NCBI RefSeq assembly: GCF_964355755.1
Contig: NC_092671.1
Coordinates: 1,922,001 to 1,986,000 of the forward strand
Direction: 5' to 3'
Source: Antedon mediterranea
Lineage: Eukaryota; Animalia; Echinodermata
DNA: 64,000 nt
Shown: piece after piece, positions 48,856 to 60,705 of the stretch
Layout of the letters: each line of letters opens with the position of its first letter
Position numbering within the stretch: the first letter of the stretch is position 1
Translations under genes and position numbers: made by a program
Notes under the pieces: generated by a model
Databases searched by the model: none
What the model was told of the DNA's origin: nothing
What the model saw: the letters and a program-made list of their open reading frames with translations, nothing else

Positions 48856-51800
48856 TCAAATGTCAAATACCTCCAACAGCATTGGTGGGATACCTTGAGG
48901 GCAGTCTAATGTGAGAGACATGACGGTATCTGCATGCCGTGTACTAATAGTTCGCAAGTCTGTTATCTGAGAATTGAAAAGAAAGAACATAGTTGAGAGG
49001 TATAACTTATAATAAGAATAAAGTACAATTGCAAAATTACTTTTTAATGTATTTGAGCGTTGTTTTATGGTAACTAGGACAAGACATATTCAGGAACTCT
49101 AAATAAACTAGACGAGCCCTCATCCCCTCTAAAATAATAACTAAAACAGGTATAAATAAATATCTGCAGGAGATCAATAGTTAGTTTTCATTGAATTGAA
49201 CAAGGTTTGGTTTCAGAGACTCATGATTTCTCACCTTCATAAGAATTTTAGCCCAGTAAACTGGAGTTTTTGGTCGAGATTGACTGACGTAATGCTGGAA
49301 TGCTGTCAAAAGCTCATCTTGCAAAACTTCAACAGATTTTGGATTTTTAAGCCCAGGTCGATCTGAAAACAGAATTTAATTTATTATAAAAAAGATGGTT
49401 TTCATGAGTGGTGCAACGGATATGGCTCACAGGCTAAAGGGCCTTTCACACCTGCTCCGATCTGGCAAATTGAATGCCAATTTTTTATTTTCACGGCGCT
49501 CCATGCGGCTATTATATTCGAATCAATTTGCCGGCGCCAGACCGGAACCGTGCCGGAACAGGTGTGAAAGACCCTTAAGCCTAGAGTCGCAGAGATTAAG
49601 GGGCCACAGAGCATAAGCAGCCCCAATGCAACTACCCAGCATTGGAGGGCTCTACACTATAAAACTAGTTTGACAAAATTAGTGTCATTTGCCCAAATAT
49701 GGTGGTGATTTTTAAGCCCAGGTTGATCTAAAAACAGAATTTAATTTTCATGAGTGGTGCAACGGCTATGGTTCAAAGGCTAAAGGGCCTTTCACACCTG
49801 TTCCGATCTGGCAAATCAAATGCCAATTTTTTATTTTCATGACGCTCCATGCGGCTATTATATTCGAACCAGACTGGAAACCGTGCCGGAACAGGTGTGA
49901 AAGATCATTAAAGCCTGGAGTCGCAGAGGTTAACGGACCACAGAGCATAAGCAGCCCCAATGCAACTACCCAGCATTGGAGGACTCTGTCTACACTATAA
50001 AACTAGTTTGACAAAAATAGTGTCATTTGCCCAAATATTGTGGTGATATGACATCATCATGTCCATATATAGGCACATCACATTTTTTTGTCACATACAG
50101 TTTGATAGTGTAGACAGAGCTTTAGGAGTGCTAAACTGGTAGCCTTGTTCCCACCATTTTGTTTAATTACTTTATATAGATTAATTTGTTTAATGATTAT
50201 TTAATGACGTTTCTCCTCACCTCCAGTTACAAGTAGAACCGCCGAGAGAAGCGCGATTTCTGCATCCGTAAGCTTGAGTCTGGACAAACCAACCGCAAAG
50301 TCAAAGATTGGTTCAAGTAGTTCCGCCAGTATGCTCCCTGTAAGCTGCGACCTATCAACTGACAGTCCATTGGACATCTCCAGTGTGTTGGTTGTAGGGT
50401 TGTACTTCTGTGCAATTCTCATACACATTATCTCCATGCAACAGGACTTGAGTAACAGGACTTGGTCTGAATACTCAAGCTAAGGAAAAATAACGAATAT
50501 TTATTGAAATCTATCGAAAGTCTAAACAAAAAAATGTGTGTCTGGTTACCAGTAGGCCTTACGATCTGATGGTAGATCTTTTATGTCTAATGAGTGTCTT
50601 AAAAAAACAAGACAAACTTTAATTACTTCATCTTTCTTATTTACCCAAGGCAAGCAGGTCAGACCTTCTGTAAGCTCACTATGAGTGTGTATACAAAACT
50701 TCCAGGAACAAATCTGCAGATTACGTGTACTAAAACAGTATATACTCTAAAATAAATAAAATTACCATTGCAAAACCCGGAATCTTTTTGGCAAATTCCA
50801 CAATGTTAACAATTGAAGGAGTCATAATTTCAGCTATGTTGATCAGATCGTGATTGTTCTGTTTTGTTGTATCTGGTAGACTGCTCAATTCTGGCGTGTT
50901 CATCAGGTCGTGTGTTCTCTGTTTTGTTGTGTCTGGTAGCCTGCTAAATTCTAGTGTGTTCATTAGATCATGTGTTCTCTGTTTCTCTGTAGGCCTGGTA
51001 TCTGGTAAGTTACTCAATTCTGTATTGAACATAGATAAGCCGTTATTCGGCAAGTCATCCTAAATAAGAAAAAAGAAAGATAGTTAGTTTTATAATCACT
51101 TCCAATTAACCCAGACCATCAGACCACATCATGATCTGTGATGAATAAAATGTGCTTTTCATTTTAGGTAGGTTTAGGAACATGGAAGAGTGGTGAAAAA
51201 TAATCTCTTAGTTTCAAGTGTCTTGCAATGGTGGACATTTTATGTTGACATACTGTATCTAACCTAGCAATTTCACACACCTACATAAAACCTTACATTT
51301 TGTTAACAAATTAATTACAATGATTCATAACACACAACAATCTATGACCTTATGTGTCGCTATATTGAAATAACTTATTTAAGGTTATCTGTTATTGCCG
51401 GCTTAAATGGATTATCTGTTTTAATCCATTCTCTGCATACTTTATATACAAACAAGTTCTTAATTGTGACAACTAAATGTTGCATAATTACGTAACTTAG
51501 CATGTAAATAAATACCAGCCACACAATCAATCCTTAAAAAGGCTTTAAATTCAGCATAAATATACTGGTGGTTTGATACATATAAAGGCACACAATGTCA
51601 AACTGACCATGGTCAAATTGTAATAGATTTTCTTGTGGTCAAAACAGCGCAAGGTCTTAGCCTCATGCGAGAATTCGTTGAGACTGGCATTTGCTACAAG
51701 TTTGGATGCGTATTTAATTTTTTTTTCAATTCATATTTACACCAATATTCAGGCATTAAAATAAGTTAAAAAATCCAAGGCCTATATGGTTTGACGGGCC

Positions 51801-54800
51801 GCTTAGGATCCCTCAACCAGGGGACTCCAGCATTACGTAACTAATTGTTTCAGGTATTTTTTTAATTGGTATATTTAAACATGATTGCTTTTAATAAGTA
51901 AAGTCGTGGTCATCAAATATCTACTATTTGTTGAAGCAAAGTACTTTTATAGTTTTAATATTTGTACCTTTGATATGTTGAAATGCTTAAACCTGCTGGC
52001 AAGTTGACAAGTCTCTCTATGTGACTGACTAATAGCATTTATTAAATCTATTTCTTGTGATGTCAGTCGGTTGGGCGATACTACCGGTTCTCGTAGGATA
52101 TCCTCTTTGTGCCGTCGTTCACGGTTATTTTGTATAAGTCTTCGTTTTGCCTTTCGTTGGTGTTCATTTAAGACTACTGTTGAGACAGAAAAATTATTAT
52201 AAATTCATTACTCATATATTTTTATTAAAACATATAGTTATTCTTATTAATTGTGCCAACATTTTTTTATCTCTCTCAATGCATGTATATAAAAAATAAC
52301 ATATTAATAAAAATAACTAATCTTTGGTTCATTTTAATTTATTTGAGTAATTGAATAAATCTTGGGCTGAAATCTAACCTTAGCCATCAGTGCAAGCTCG
52401 GTTTTTAAAGTTCTGAATGACTAATGATCTGGAGGTTGTGGGTTCGAGCCCCACTCAACAATTACACGTCACGTTATCAAATGTAGATGTACAATTTACG
52501 TCAGCGTAGGACAATACATGTGACCAATTAATATATTTTATTTATAACTTACAATCAGGTGCCATTCCAGTTCGTAAACATTTCTTATATCGACATTGTT
52601 GGCATTGGTTTCTTGTTGATTTGTCAATGACACAGTTCTCGCCCCTCTTGCAATAATACGTCAGATTTTTCTGGATAGTTCTCCTAAAGAAACCCTAAAG
52701 AAAATGAAAAGAACTGACTTTATCTGATCTACTATATAAACTATCTAAATTACAATACTTATGAGTGATATGATTTACAGGACTGATTAAATTATTTGAT
52801 TTTAATGAAGACAAAGATTATAAAATGAAAATTTTAATAATAATGACAATGATGATAAAATGAATTCATTTTAATGATAATGACAACGATGATAAAATGA
52901 TTTAATTTTCATAAAGAAAAAGATGATAAAATAATTTATTTTAATAATAATAATAAAAAAAGATAAAATGATAATAACAATGATGATAAAATTATTTCAT
53001 TTTAATAATTAATTAAAATGATGATAATGATTTCATTTTAATAATTAATTAAAATGATGATAATGATTTCATTTTAATGACAACGGTGATAAATAATTTC
53101 ATTTTAATGATAAAGACAATGATGTACTGTATGATTTCAGGGGCGGATCAAGAATTTTGAATTAGGGCCACACCCACACTATATTATTTACTGTAGTGTG
53201 GCGAAGGGAATTTAGGTAAATGACACCCATAGATGGTCGGAAATGTTACTCTCACATAGAATTCATGATAGTGGCATCTCCTACTAGTCAGGTCAGGCCT
53301 GGAAATGACACTCCCATGTACAGTATCACTCAACAATAATAATATTTTTCTTTCTTTTCAAAAAGATATTGGTTAGCAATGAATAAGATGATAAATAATA
53401 ATTATTAATGATGTTAGTGATGATGCCGATAATGGCATTTATAGAAACCAATATGCATACTTAATAGTTTCCTGCGGCTAAGCCTAATAATGTTAATTGC
53501 TATTATTGATGTCTACATACCTTACATCCTTCACATGTCATACAGCGGTAGTGATAACCAGTGGCGGCATCTCCACACACAATGCAAGGTTCAGGTCCAT
53601 TTGAAAGGTCCATGTAACTTGGAACATATGGTGTCCCTGAAGAAAAACAAAACAACATTTCTATATAGATCAAAGGCCATACCATGGAATTGCAATTAGA
53701 GAGTCAGATATTATTAAAAGAGCACATCCAGAAGAACACATTATTAACGCTGTGGCTAAAAAATGTGATGTGCCCATATATGGACATGATGATGTCATAT
53801 CACTACCATATTTGGATACATCATACTTCTTTTGTCAAACTAGTTTGATAGTGTAGACAGAGCTTAATAGTCAATTAAAAATTTATAATTTCATTTTAGC
53901 TGCAACCCTAGAAATGTCTAAGTCTTGGTTCTCATTAGGACTCAACACAAGGACCTAAGCGCAATTTGCGTTATTTTAAAATCAATGTGTAAAACACTCC
54001 AGTCTAAACTTATCAGCAGTCAAATTATTTCAATAAAAAGGGTATATAGCATTCTATTTAAATGTACAGTATGTGCTGTGTTTTTCTTCAGTCACAAACA
54101 GGTTCCAATCATGAAGGACTAGAAGGAGCTTAGTACACACGGTAAAGCTTAGTGATGCAAACATGATGTTTTTAGTATGTGCAGTATTTCTTTTGTATGC
54201 TTGACTACAAGAAGACAAACACCTCACTCAAGATATCTCTGTGAATTGCGTCTTAATTACGATACATTTTTAAAAATAGACAAACACCGACTCAAGATCA
54301 GAACGTAATCAATGTGAAAACAGATTGGCAGTATGAATGGAACCACCATGGTTACATGTAATACAATAAACATTACATTTGCAGGGAAAGTAAAGATGTG
54401 GAAATCTGTGACAATGATAAAAAGCCACCACTGAGATTAGAACCCAGAATCTTCTGCTTGATATGCTTACATCCTACTATTAGACCACCGTTCAAATGAT
54501 AAAATAAAGATAATAAATATATACGGTATGTCAAAATCTTAGTTGGCCTACAACTTGGCTGATAACAATCAGCTAATTATTGACTAACCTTCAAATTTAC
54601 TAAAAATGGTTGTTATCATTTGAAATGCAAAGATAAAAATAAATATGATTACCTTGTTTGTCAATACATAACAAAATTATATAATTATTAAAATAGCAAT
54701 GATTTATTAACGACAGTTTAATTAATGTTTTCGATAATAATAAAGTAAATAAAGTTGAGGAAAGGTTATCATAAAATGTCGAATTGATTATTAATTTACT

Positions 54801-57800
54801 TTTAACAGTGCCAGGTGTGTGCTAAAATAGATATTATAAAATTGTTTTATTTAAAATGTTTATGAAGATTTGTACAAAAGAACAGGATAAATTGAATGGA
54901 GTAAGAACATAAAGAAAAGAAGGCTGACATGGTATGGTCACCTGCTCTGTTCAAAAAATGAAAACACACCAGCTAAGATCGCACTCGGAGATGACCAAAT
55001 GGAAGACCAAAAACAACATGGATGGCAAACATAAAAAAGGAAACAGAACTGTTCACATGCGGACCTATACACATGCTTGCTCAAGGCATACTGAGTGGCA
55101 AACACAAGTGAAACGTGCAATGTCTCACAGTCACAACGATTAGCGTTTAAGATGATAAAAATGTTACAAGAGCTGGACATTACAAACTTAATAATAATAG
55201 TAATCAACTATTATTATGCTGTTATTAATATTATTTTGATAATGTAATAAATAATAAAGTAAGTGTAGAGGAAAGGTTTTCATAAAATGTTGAATTATTA
55301 GTAATTTAAATTAATAAAAGTGATTTAGATAAAAGGTTAAAAGAGGACATTACAAGGAAACATAATAGCAATAATCTATTATTATATGGGGTTTTCAATC
55401 AATCCTGTCAATATTGAATAAATTTATGTTTATTAAACCTTGGAAACATCTTCTTTTATTATTATCTATCTATTATTTCAATTTCATGACCTTATCAAAT
55501 CCATAATCAGCAAAAAATTGACTAATTCTTTAGTAGGTTGTAGGGACAGCTAGTTTTAAAAAGGGACAAAGCAAGCTTTCAACTCAGTAAATATTTGTAT
55601 GTCACAACATTTATTTGATAATTTTTTTAATTTTTGAATTCTTATCCTCAAAGCTTTTCATTACCATTAAAATTAATTGATTCATCCAGTTTATCTCTGG
55701 CTGGTTAAAAATGTATTCTATGTCTGTAAATTTATTTTAAAAAATGAATAAAAAGACTTAAATAATTTAGATGACTTATTGGTATACAACAGTCCTTAAG
55801 ACTAAGTTCATTGTAGATTGTACTTAAATAACCTCCATGGTCAATGCAATAATTGCATAAGTCCTCAAATACACTAATGGCCAAAGTAATCTGATGTCCA
55901 AGGCTGACCAAAGCAGCTTGTCTTTCACCCTACTGTAATGCAAGCAAATTAAGCCTTATTCAAGGATGACCTAGAATGACCTTGTTCAAATTGACAGGAT
56001 GTTATGTAATATTACATAATCAAAGTTCTGAGTAAATAAAATATCTATTATAATAGAACCTTGAATATAAATGCATATCATTATAATATAATGTGTAAAT
56101 AGCCAACTAACTTTTAACAAAACACTGAAATATTTGGAAACCTGTGAAAATGAGAAAAACAAGCCGCTCCAGTCTAGATTCAAACTAGGAACCTTCTGGC
56201 CAACATGCAGATGCCCTACCATTATACCACTGGGGATTTCATGATATGGTTCAAACTTGATTGAATTGTGACTCTTTAACACTATTGATGTGGTCATAAC
56301 AAATATATGTATTTAAACTTCCAATGAAAAGATTATATCAATTATTAACATTTTGATATGGAAATAGCTTTAAAAAAACAATCAGTTACTTTGAGGCAAA
56401 ATATAAAAGATAACACCGATTTCAACAAAATGATGCTGAGTCTTATAATTCATTAAAAACAAAAGATAAAAATATATTCATCCTTATGACTAGTTTTAAA
56501 TATTAATGCAAAATATGCTTTGATAGGCCTATTTTGACATTCACCCAGGCTACAGCAAGCTTTGCTGGACCTATTTTGACATTCACCCAGGCTACTTAAA
56601 TATTCATCAAGCTAGCAAGGTCTTATGCCTGCACAAAAACACTACAATACCCTTGACATAATAAGTTCTCTGTAACCATGAAAAGCTTCTAAGGAGAAGG
56701 CCACAGATAATGAGATGACTACTGGCATGACTTTTCTAGGTAAATAAAAAGATGACAAATGATGTAGAAATTCACAAAACGAAAGAGTGGGTGTGAGAGT
56801 TTGATGGTAGAGGGTCAAGAGTGGGCATGACAGGGATGGTATTAATTGGTTAAGAGTGGGCGTGACAGGGTATGGTATTGATTTGTTAAGAGTGGGCATG
56901 ACAAAAACAGCAAGATATAAAATCACTGTAGACTGTAGTGTTACAGGATTTTGAAAAGGGAAGGGGAGCCCCCAAAAATGTAAAATGAAGTTCTAAACTT
57001 AGCCTTGTCTTATAAAAAATTAAGGGGAGGCACAGGCCAAATGGCTGGATCTGCCTAGGTTTGACAAGATAGGGTTCAAACTCAAAGAGTTCTGCACAGC
57101 TATCTGTACATACACTTACCAGAGCCTATGCCAAGTTTAAAGACCCCTTCCCTGCAATTTTGGACGTTTTTTGGAAAATAATACATATATATCACTTTAA
57201 AAACATTAAACCATGTCATTCCTTGTTTTAAATGTACGTTTTATGGTAAATTATGATAAAAAGTGAGAAAAAATGCACTACCTAAGTAGCTCGCGGCGAT
57301 CGACCTCTCGTGGACGGTCTTAGGCCTAGCCTGGCTAGGCTTAGTTTTGTAGGCCTAGCTGGTAAACATCGGTAACGTGCGAACATCGTACGCTAGCTAT
57401 ATACCTAGCCTGACGTTGTATAGTTGCTGCATTAATTGTCTTTCTATTTTTGCCAGACTCCGTTGATACAAATTGGGGAAAACCCGGTATTTTCGCTGAA
57501 AAGTTAGGAGTCTTCCATTTGTTTTGACCTCACGATCGATCGAAAAGTGGGCGAATTACAGGTGAAAAACAAAAATATCAATCCGCGCGCAATGCATTTT
57601 GGGATTTATAGCGGGCCGCTATAATTATTAAAATCGACTTATTTTTCACATTTTTAACCGTTTAAAGACGAAAAAAGTTATCGCAATAGGACCATATAGT
57701 ATTATTTTTACATTAAATATAGTTTGTGATCTTAAATTAGATCTAAAAAACGTAGGGAATGGGGCTTTAACTAAGTAGAAAAATCAATGAGACATTTTTT

Positions 57801-58313
57801 TTTTGTCTATATACTATTTATGATAAGAGAAACAAATGTTCAGCAAGGAGTTGGAGGAGAAACAAAACCAGTTATTACTCTAAAAGTCATGTAATAAAAA
57901 AACAAAGATATGTAAAATGTATTGCATTATCTACGAAAACTACAGTATACAGTTATACAAGTTAATTTTAAAGAAAGATTACAAAAGATTGTCACAAATT
58001 ATATGAAGGAGTCCTTCATTTTACTTACTCTAAAAAAATCATAATATTAATATTTTTTCTGGTAAATAATAGCTAAACTTTACTTACACATACCAGTTGA
58101 ATTTGTTGAATTTCTTCGTTTTTTACCCAATACTTTTGGACAAAAATTAATGTGATGTTCCGGAGTTTGAGGGACATCTAGCGAGCTAGATCGTTGACGT
58201 TGAAGTGTTGGCAGAAAAAAACCAACATGGCGCGGGGGATTCTGCCACGGATTCAACTTATACGCAGCGTGCGGAACCATCGGCACATTCATGTTCTCGT
58301 CGTAAAATTGCAT
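48856..58313 (-). CDS. THR: Thyroid hormone receptor (NR1A), ~492 aa
   Basis: Exons 58094-58313, 53521-53636, 52553-52694, 51968-52176, 50766-51059, 50221-50479, 49235-49362, 48856-48966, phases consistent. TR-diagnostic YVPSYMD before finger 1; [33 protein letters not shown]; [13 protein letters not shown]; T/A-box [23 protein letters not shown]; [34 protein letters not shown]; AF-2 PPMLLEVFD. Confidence 0.95.
49342..50047. repeat. ~360-bp tandem duplication in THR intron, including an exon acceptor and a small TIR element
   Basis: 49342-49708 resembles 49707-50047; both carry AAGGGCCTTTCACACCTG...CAGGTGTGAAAGA. Confidence 0.9.
49981..50124. mobile_element. MITE family A copy (partial duplicate at 49648-49708)
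   Basis: Both TIRs present. Confidence 0.8.
52800..53125. repeat. AT-rich ~37-bp degenerate tandem repeat
   Basis: TTTTAATGATAATGACAATGATGATAAAATGATTTCA-like units. Confidence 0.8.
53757..53866. mobile_element. MITE family A, left end truncated
   Basis: Right TIR and internal sequence only. Confidence 0.75.
54855..55130 (+). mobile_element. 3' fragment of an RTE-clade LINE (decayed)
   Basis: Translation [27 protein letters not shown]...PAKIAL...GRPKTTW matches the RTE ORF C-terminal R-x-W-x-GH and GRP-x-x-x-W motifs; contains a stop and frameshifts. Confidence 0.7.
55967..55982 (-). promoter_or_regulatory. Perfect DR4 thyroid hormone response element in THR intron
   Basis: TGACCT-AGAA-TGACCT, i.e. 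AGGTCA-ttct-AGGTCA on the minus strand. Confidence 0.6.
57141..57766. mobile_element. Kolobok-like non-autonomous transposon in THR intron
   Basis: TTAA on both sides (57137-57140, 57767-57770); imperfect TIRs AGACCCCTTCCCTGC / GTAGGGAATGGGGCT. Confidence 0.7.
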
Positions 58314-58782
58314 TGTTATTGTCGTTTATCTTGTTAAATTATAAAAAAATCTTACACTGCTAATAGAACACACCTTGTTGTCACACTTTGCAGAAGTGTT
58401 TTGACAAAGCTGGTAACATTGCCTTATGTAATCATGCAATCAGCTCCCAGGGTATGGAATGTGAAGGGCATGAGTCTCAACAAACACAACTACTGACCAT
58501 GATGTTAACTGACCAATAGTGTTTGACCAGTTGTAAATGACCTTCTGGACATTAGCCTATGCAGTGGCTAAACTCTATTGTCTAGATGATGACTTATTTT
58601 TAATATTTAAATTAATTTATATTATAAACAGGAAAGAGATGTACACATCATAACACCACACACATTATTCAAATACTAATTATTTATATGAATCAAAATT
58701 ACTCGAATTGTGCAAACAAATTAAAACAGCAGCGCACTGTATTTTCAGTATTTGATAAAACCAAAGCTTGATAAACCTGTCA

Positions 58783-58931
58783 AATTTTTTTTTTTTGGTA
58801 ATACCTACATTTTATTTTAATTTATAATATTAATTGCATTATTTATTGATGCATGACTCATGCATCAATAAATAATGCAATTAATATTATAAATTAAAAT
58901 AAAATGTAGGTATTACCAAAAAAAAAAAATT
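58783..58931. repeat. 149-bp perfect palindrome centred on TGACTCA
   Basis: 74-bp arms with a single unpaired central C at 58857. Confidence 0.95.
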
Positions 58932-59278
58932 AATCTGCAAGATGAGACAATGAAATTGCACAAGTTGTTCAAATTACGAATAACAACAAACGCACTGTGT
59001 ATAGTAGGTTTATGGTATGTCATCAATCAGTATTATTACTATTATTTATTTAGTGAAATAAATTACATGTAGGCGTAATTAATACGTAGGTAGGCATATA
59101 AATGAAATTAAGTGACAAGAGGCCTAGACTAGCTAGGAGAGCGAGGTCTAGTCACTCGCTCCTACTCACTAGAGGCTAGGCAGGCCAACTGGCCTTAGGC
59201 CCTAGATAGCAGGCCTAACTAAATAAAGTTTCCAGTGTCAACACCCCCACCCAGAAACTCAAATACACCTATTCTTAC

Positions 59279-59318
59279 CATAACTAGGTCTAGGCCTATA
59301 TTTGGAGATTGTCTTCAT
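59279..59318 (-). CDS. THR: Possible alternative first coding exon of THR (MKTISKYRPRPSY)
   Basis: ATG at 59318 preceded by an in-frame stop; 40 nt to a G|GTAAGA donor; phase 1 fits the DBD exon starting at 53636. It could instead be a 5'UTR exon. Confidence 0.4.
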
Positions 59319-59420
59319 TCTGGATATCTTTTGTTGCGGAAAAATTCAATAAACTTGATGTGAATTGTTCAAGGGCAGCTTAGTACCTCACAATTGAAAA
59401 CTTTCGCCAATCTAAAGGGC

Positions 59421-60334
59421 TGTCACGATAAATATGGTCCGGGGCCAAAATCGGTCCGGCCGGACCAGTTTTGGCTCTAAAATTGTGGCCAAAAGCAGTC
59501 CGCCACTGCCAAAATCGGTCCGGGCTATTCTTCTGTCGATTTTAAATGAATTACTAGGCCTATGATGCTGTTTTAAGTTGTTTATGGCTAGAAAAATATC
59601 CCATGATATATATTAGTAAGTTATCTTGTCGGATAAATACTATAAATAAATGTATTTTATCTAAAAACATGACTTAGGTGTTCACTCATATTTCGGCCTG
59701 CCACACACTCACACGAACGGGTATGAGACGCTGATATTGCCAGCTAGATTTTATTTATGATTGAGACCTTTTTCCTTCCTCAGCCTAATTAATATTGGAT
59801 AATTGTTTTATAATAATTCTATTGAATTGATATATTGATTGATTAACCATAAATAATTAATAAATTAAATTGTTTTTAACATCATGGAGAAACGAAGATG
59901 TTAAAAAAGAACAAAATGGATTAAAAACAGGCAGAGATACATATTGTATACAAAAAGCCTAACAATTAGTACTAATTATTGATGAGTTACTACTAATAAT
60001 GATAATAAAAAAAACAGGCTTAATTTATAATATTAAAATAACAAATAAAACCCCGTAGTTTTCAATATTAATGACTAATCATGGCCTTTTTTTTAATGAT
60101 ATATACATTATGACTCATTTTGCGCACCATATATTTGTAAGACCGGACCATATTTGGCGGCCAAAAACAGTCCTACTGCCCGGACCGATTTTATCCAGGC
60201 CGGACCAGTTTTGGCGGCCAAAATTGGTCCGGCCGGACAGGTTTTGGCAGCCATAAATGGTCCCCCGGACTGATTTTGGCAGCCAAAACTGGTCCGCCGG
60301 ACCGATTTTGGCCCGGACTGATTTTGGAGTGACA
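59421..60334. mobile_element. TGT...ACA TIR element (Ginger-like) with subterminal GGTCCG/CGGACC arrays
   Basis: TGTCAC...GTGACA ends; ~40-bp imperfect TIR containing GGGCCAAAATCGGTCCGG; flanks GGGC/GGCC (near-identical 4-mers). Confidence 0.7.
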
Positions 60335-60482
60335 GGCCTATTATTGTACCACCATTCCAGAGACATGTCCTCAATCATCAAGTTAGATGGTAAAAACCAT
60401 TTTCATAAAAAGGGAGAACAAATATTTTATTTTATGACTTATTACAGCTAAAAACTATTAAAAAACAATATTTATTAAAAAC

Positions 60483-60705
60483 AATTATTTTTACAATTAT
60501 CGTTTTACTTTTTACATGTATTTAATGAAATATCGATTTGATTGAACTAAATTTTTGGGTTTTTTTGTAAAATGGTTAAAATAAGCACACCTTAAATTAT
60601 TTTTACAATTATCGTTTTACTTTTTACATGTATTTAATGAAATATCGATTTGATTGAACTAAATTTTTGGGTTTTTTTGTAAAATGGTTAAAATAAGCAC
60701 ACCTT
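60483..60705. repeat. ~112-bp near-perfect tandem duplication
   Basis: AATTATTTTT...AAATAAGCACACCTT occurs twice. Confidence 0.9.

Noticed and set aside
52420-52460. GGTTCGAGCCCCA as a tRNA gene (also ~54425-54490 and ~56165-56220)
   Set aside because: Only B-box or T-arm remnants with no complete cloverleaf; consistent with decayed SINE heads.
60071-60451. Cluster of four ORFs
   Set aside because: Translations of the GC-rich subterminal repeats of the Ginger-like element.
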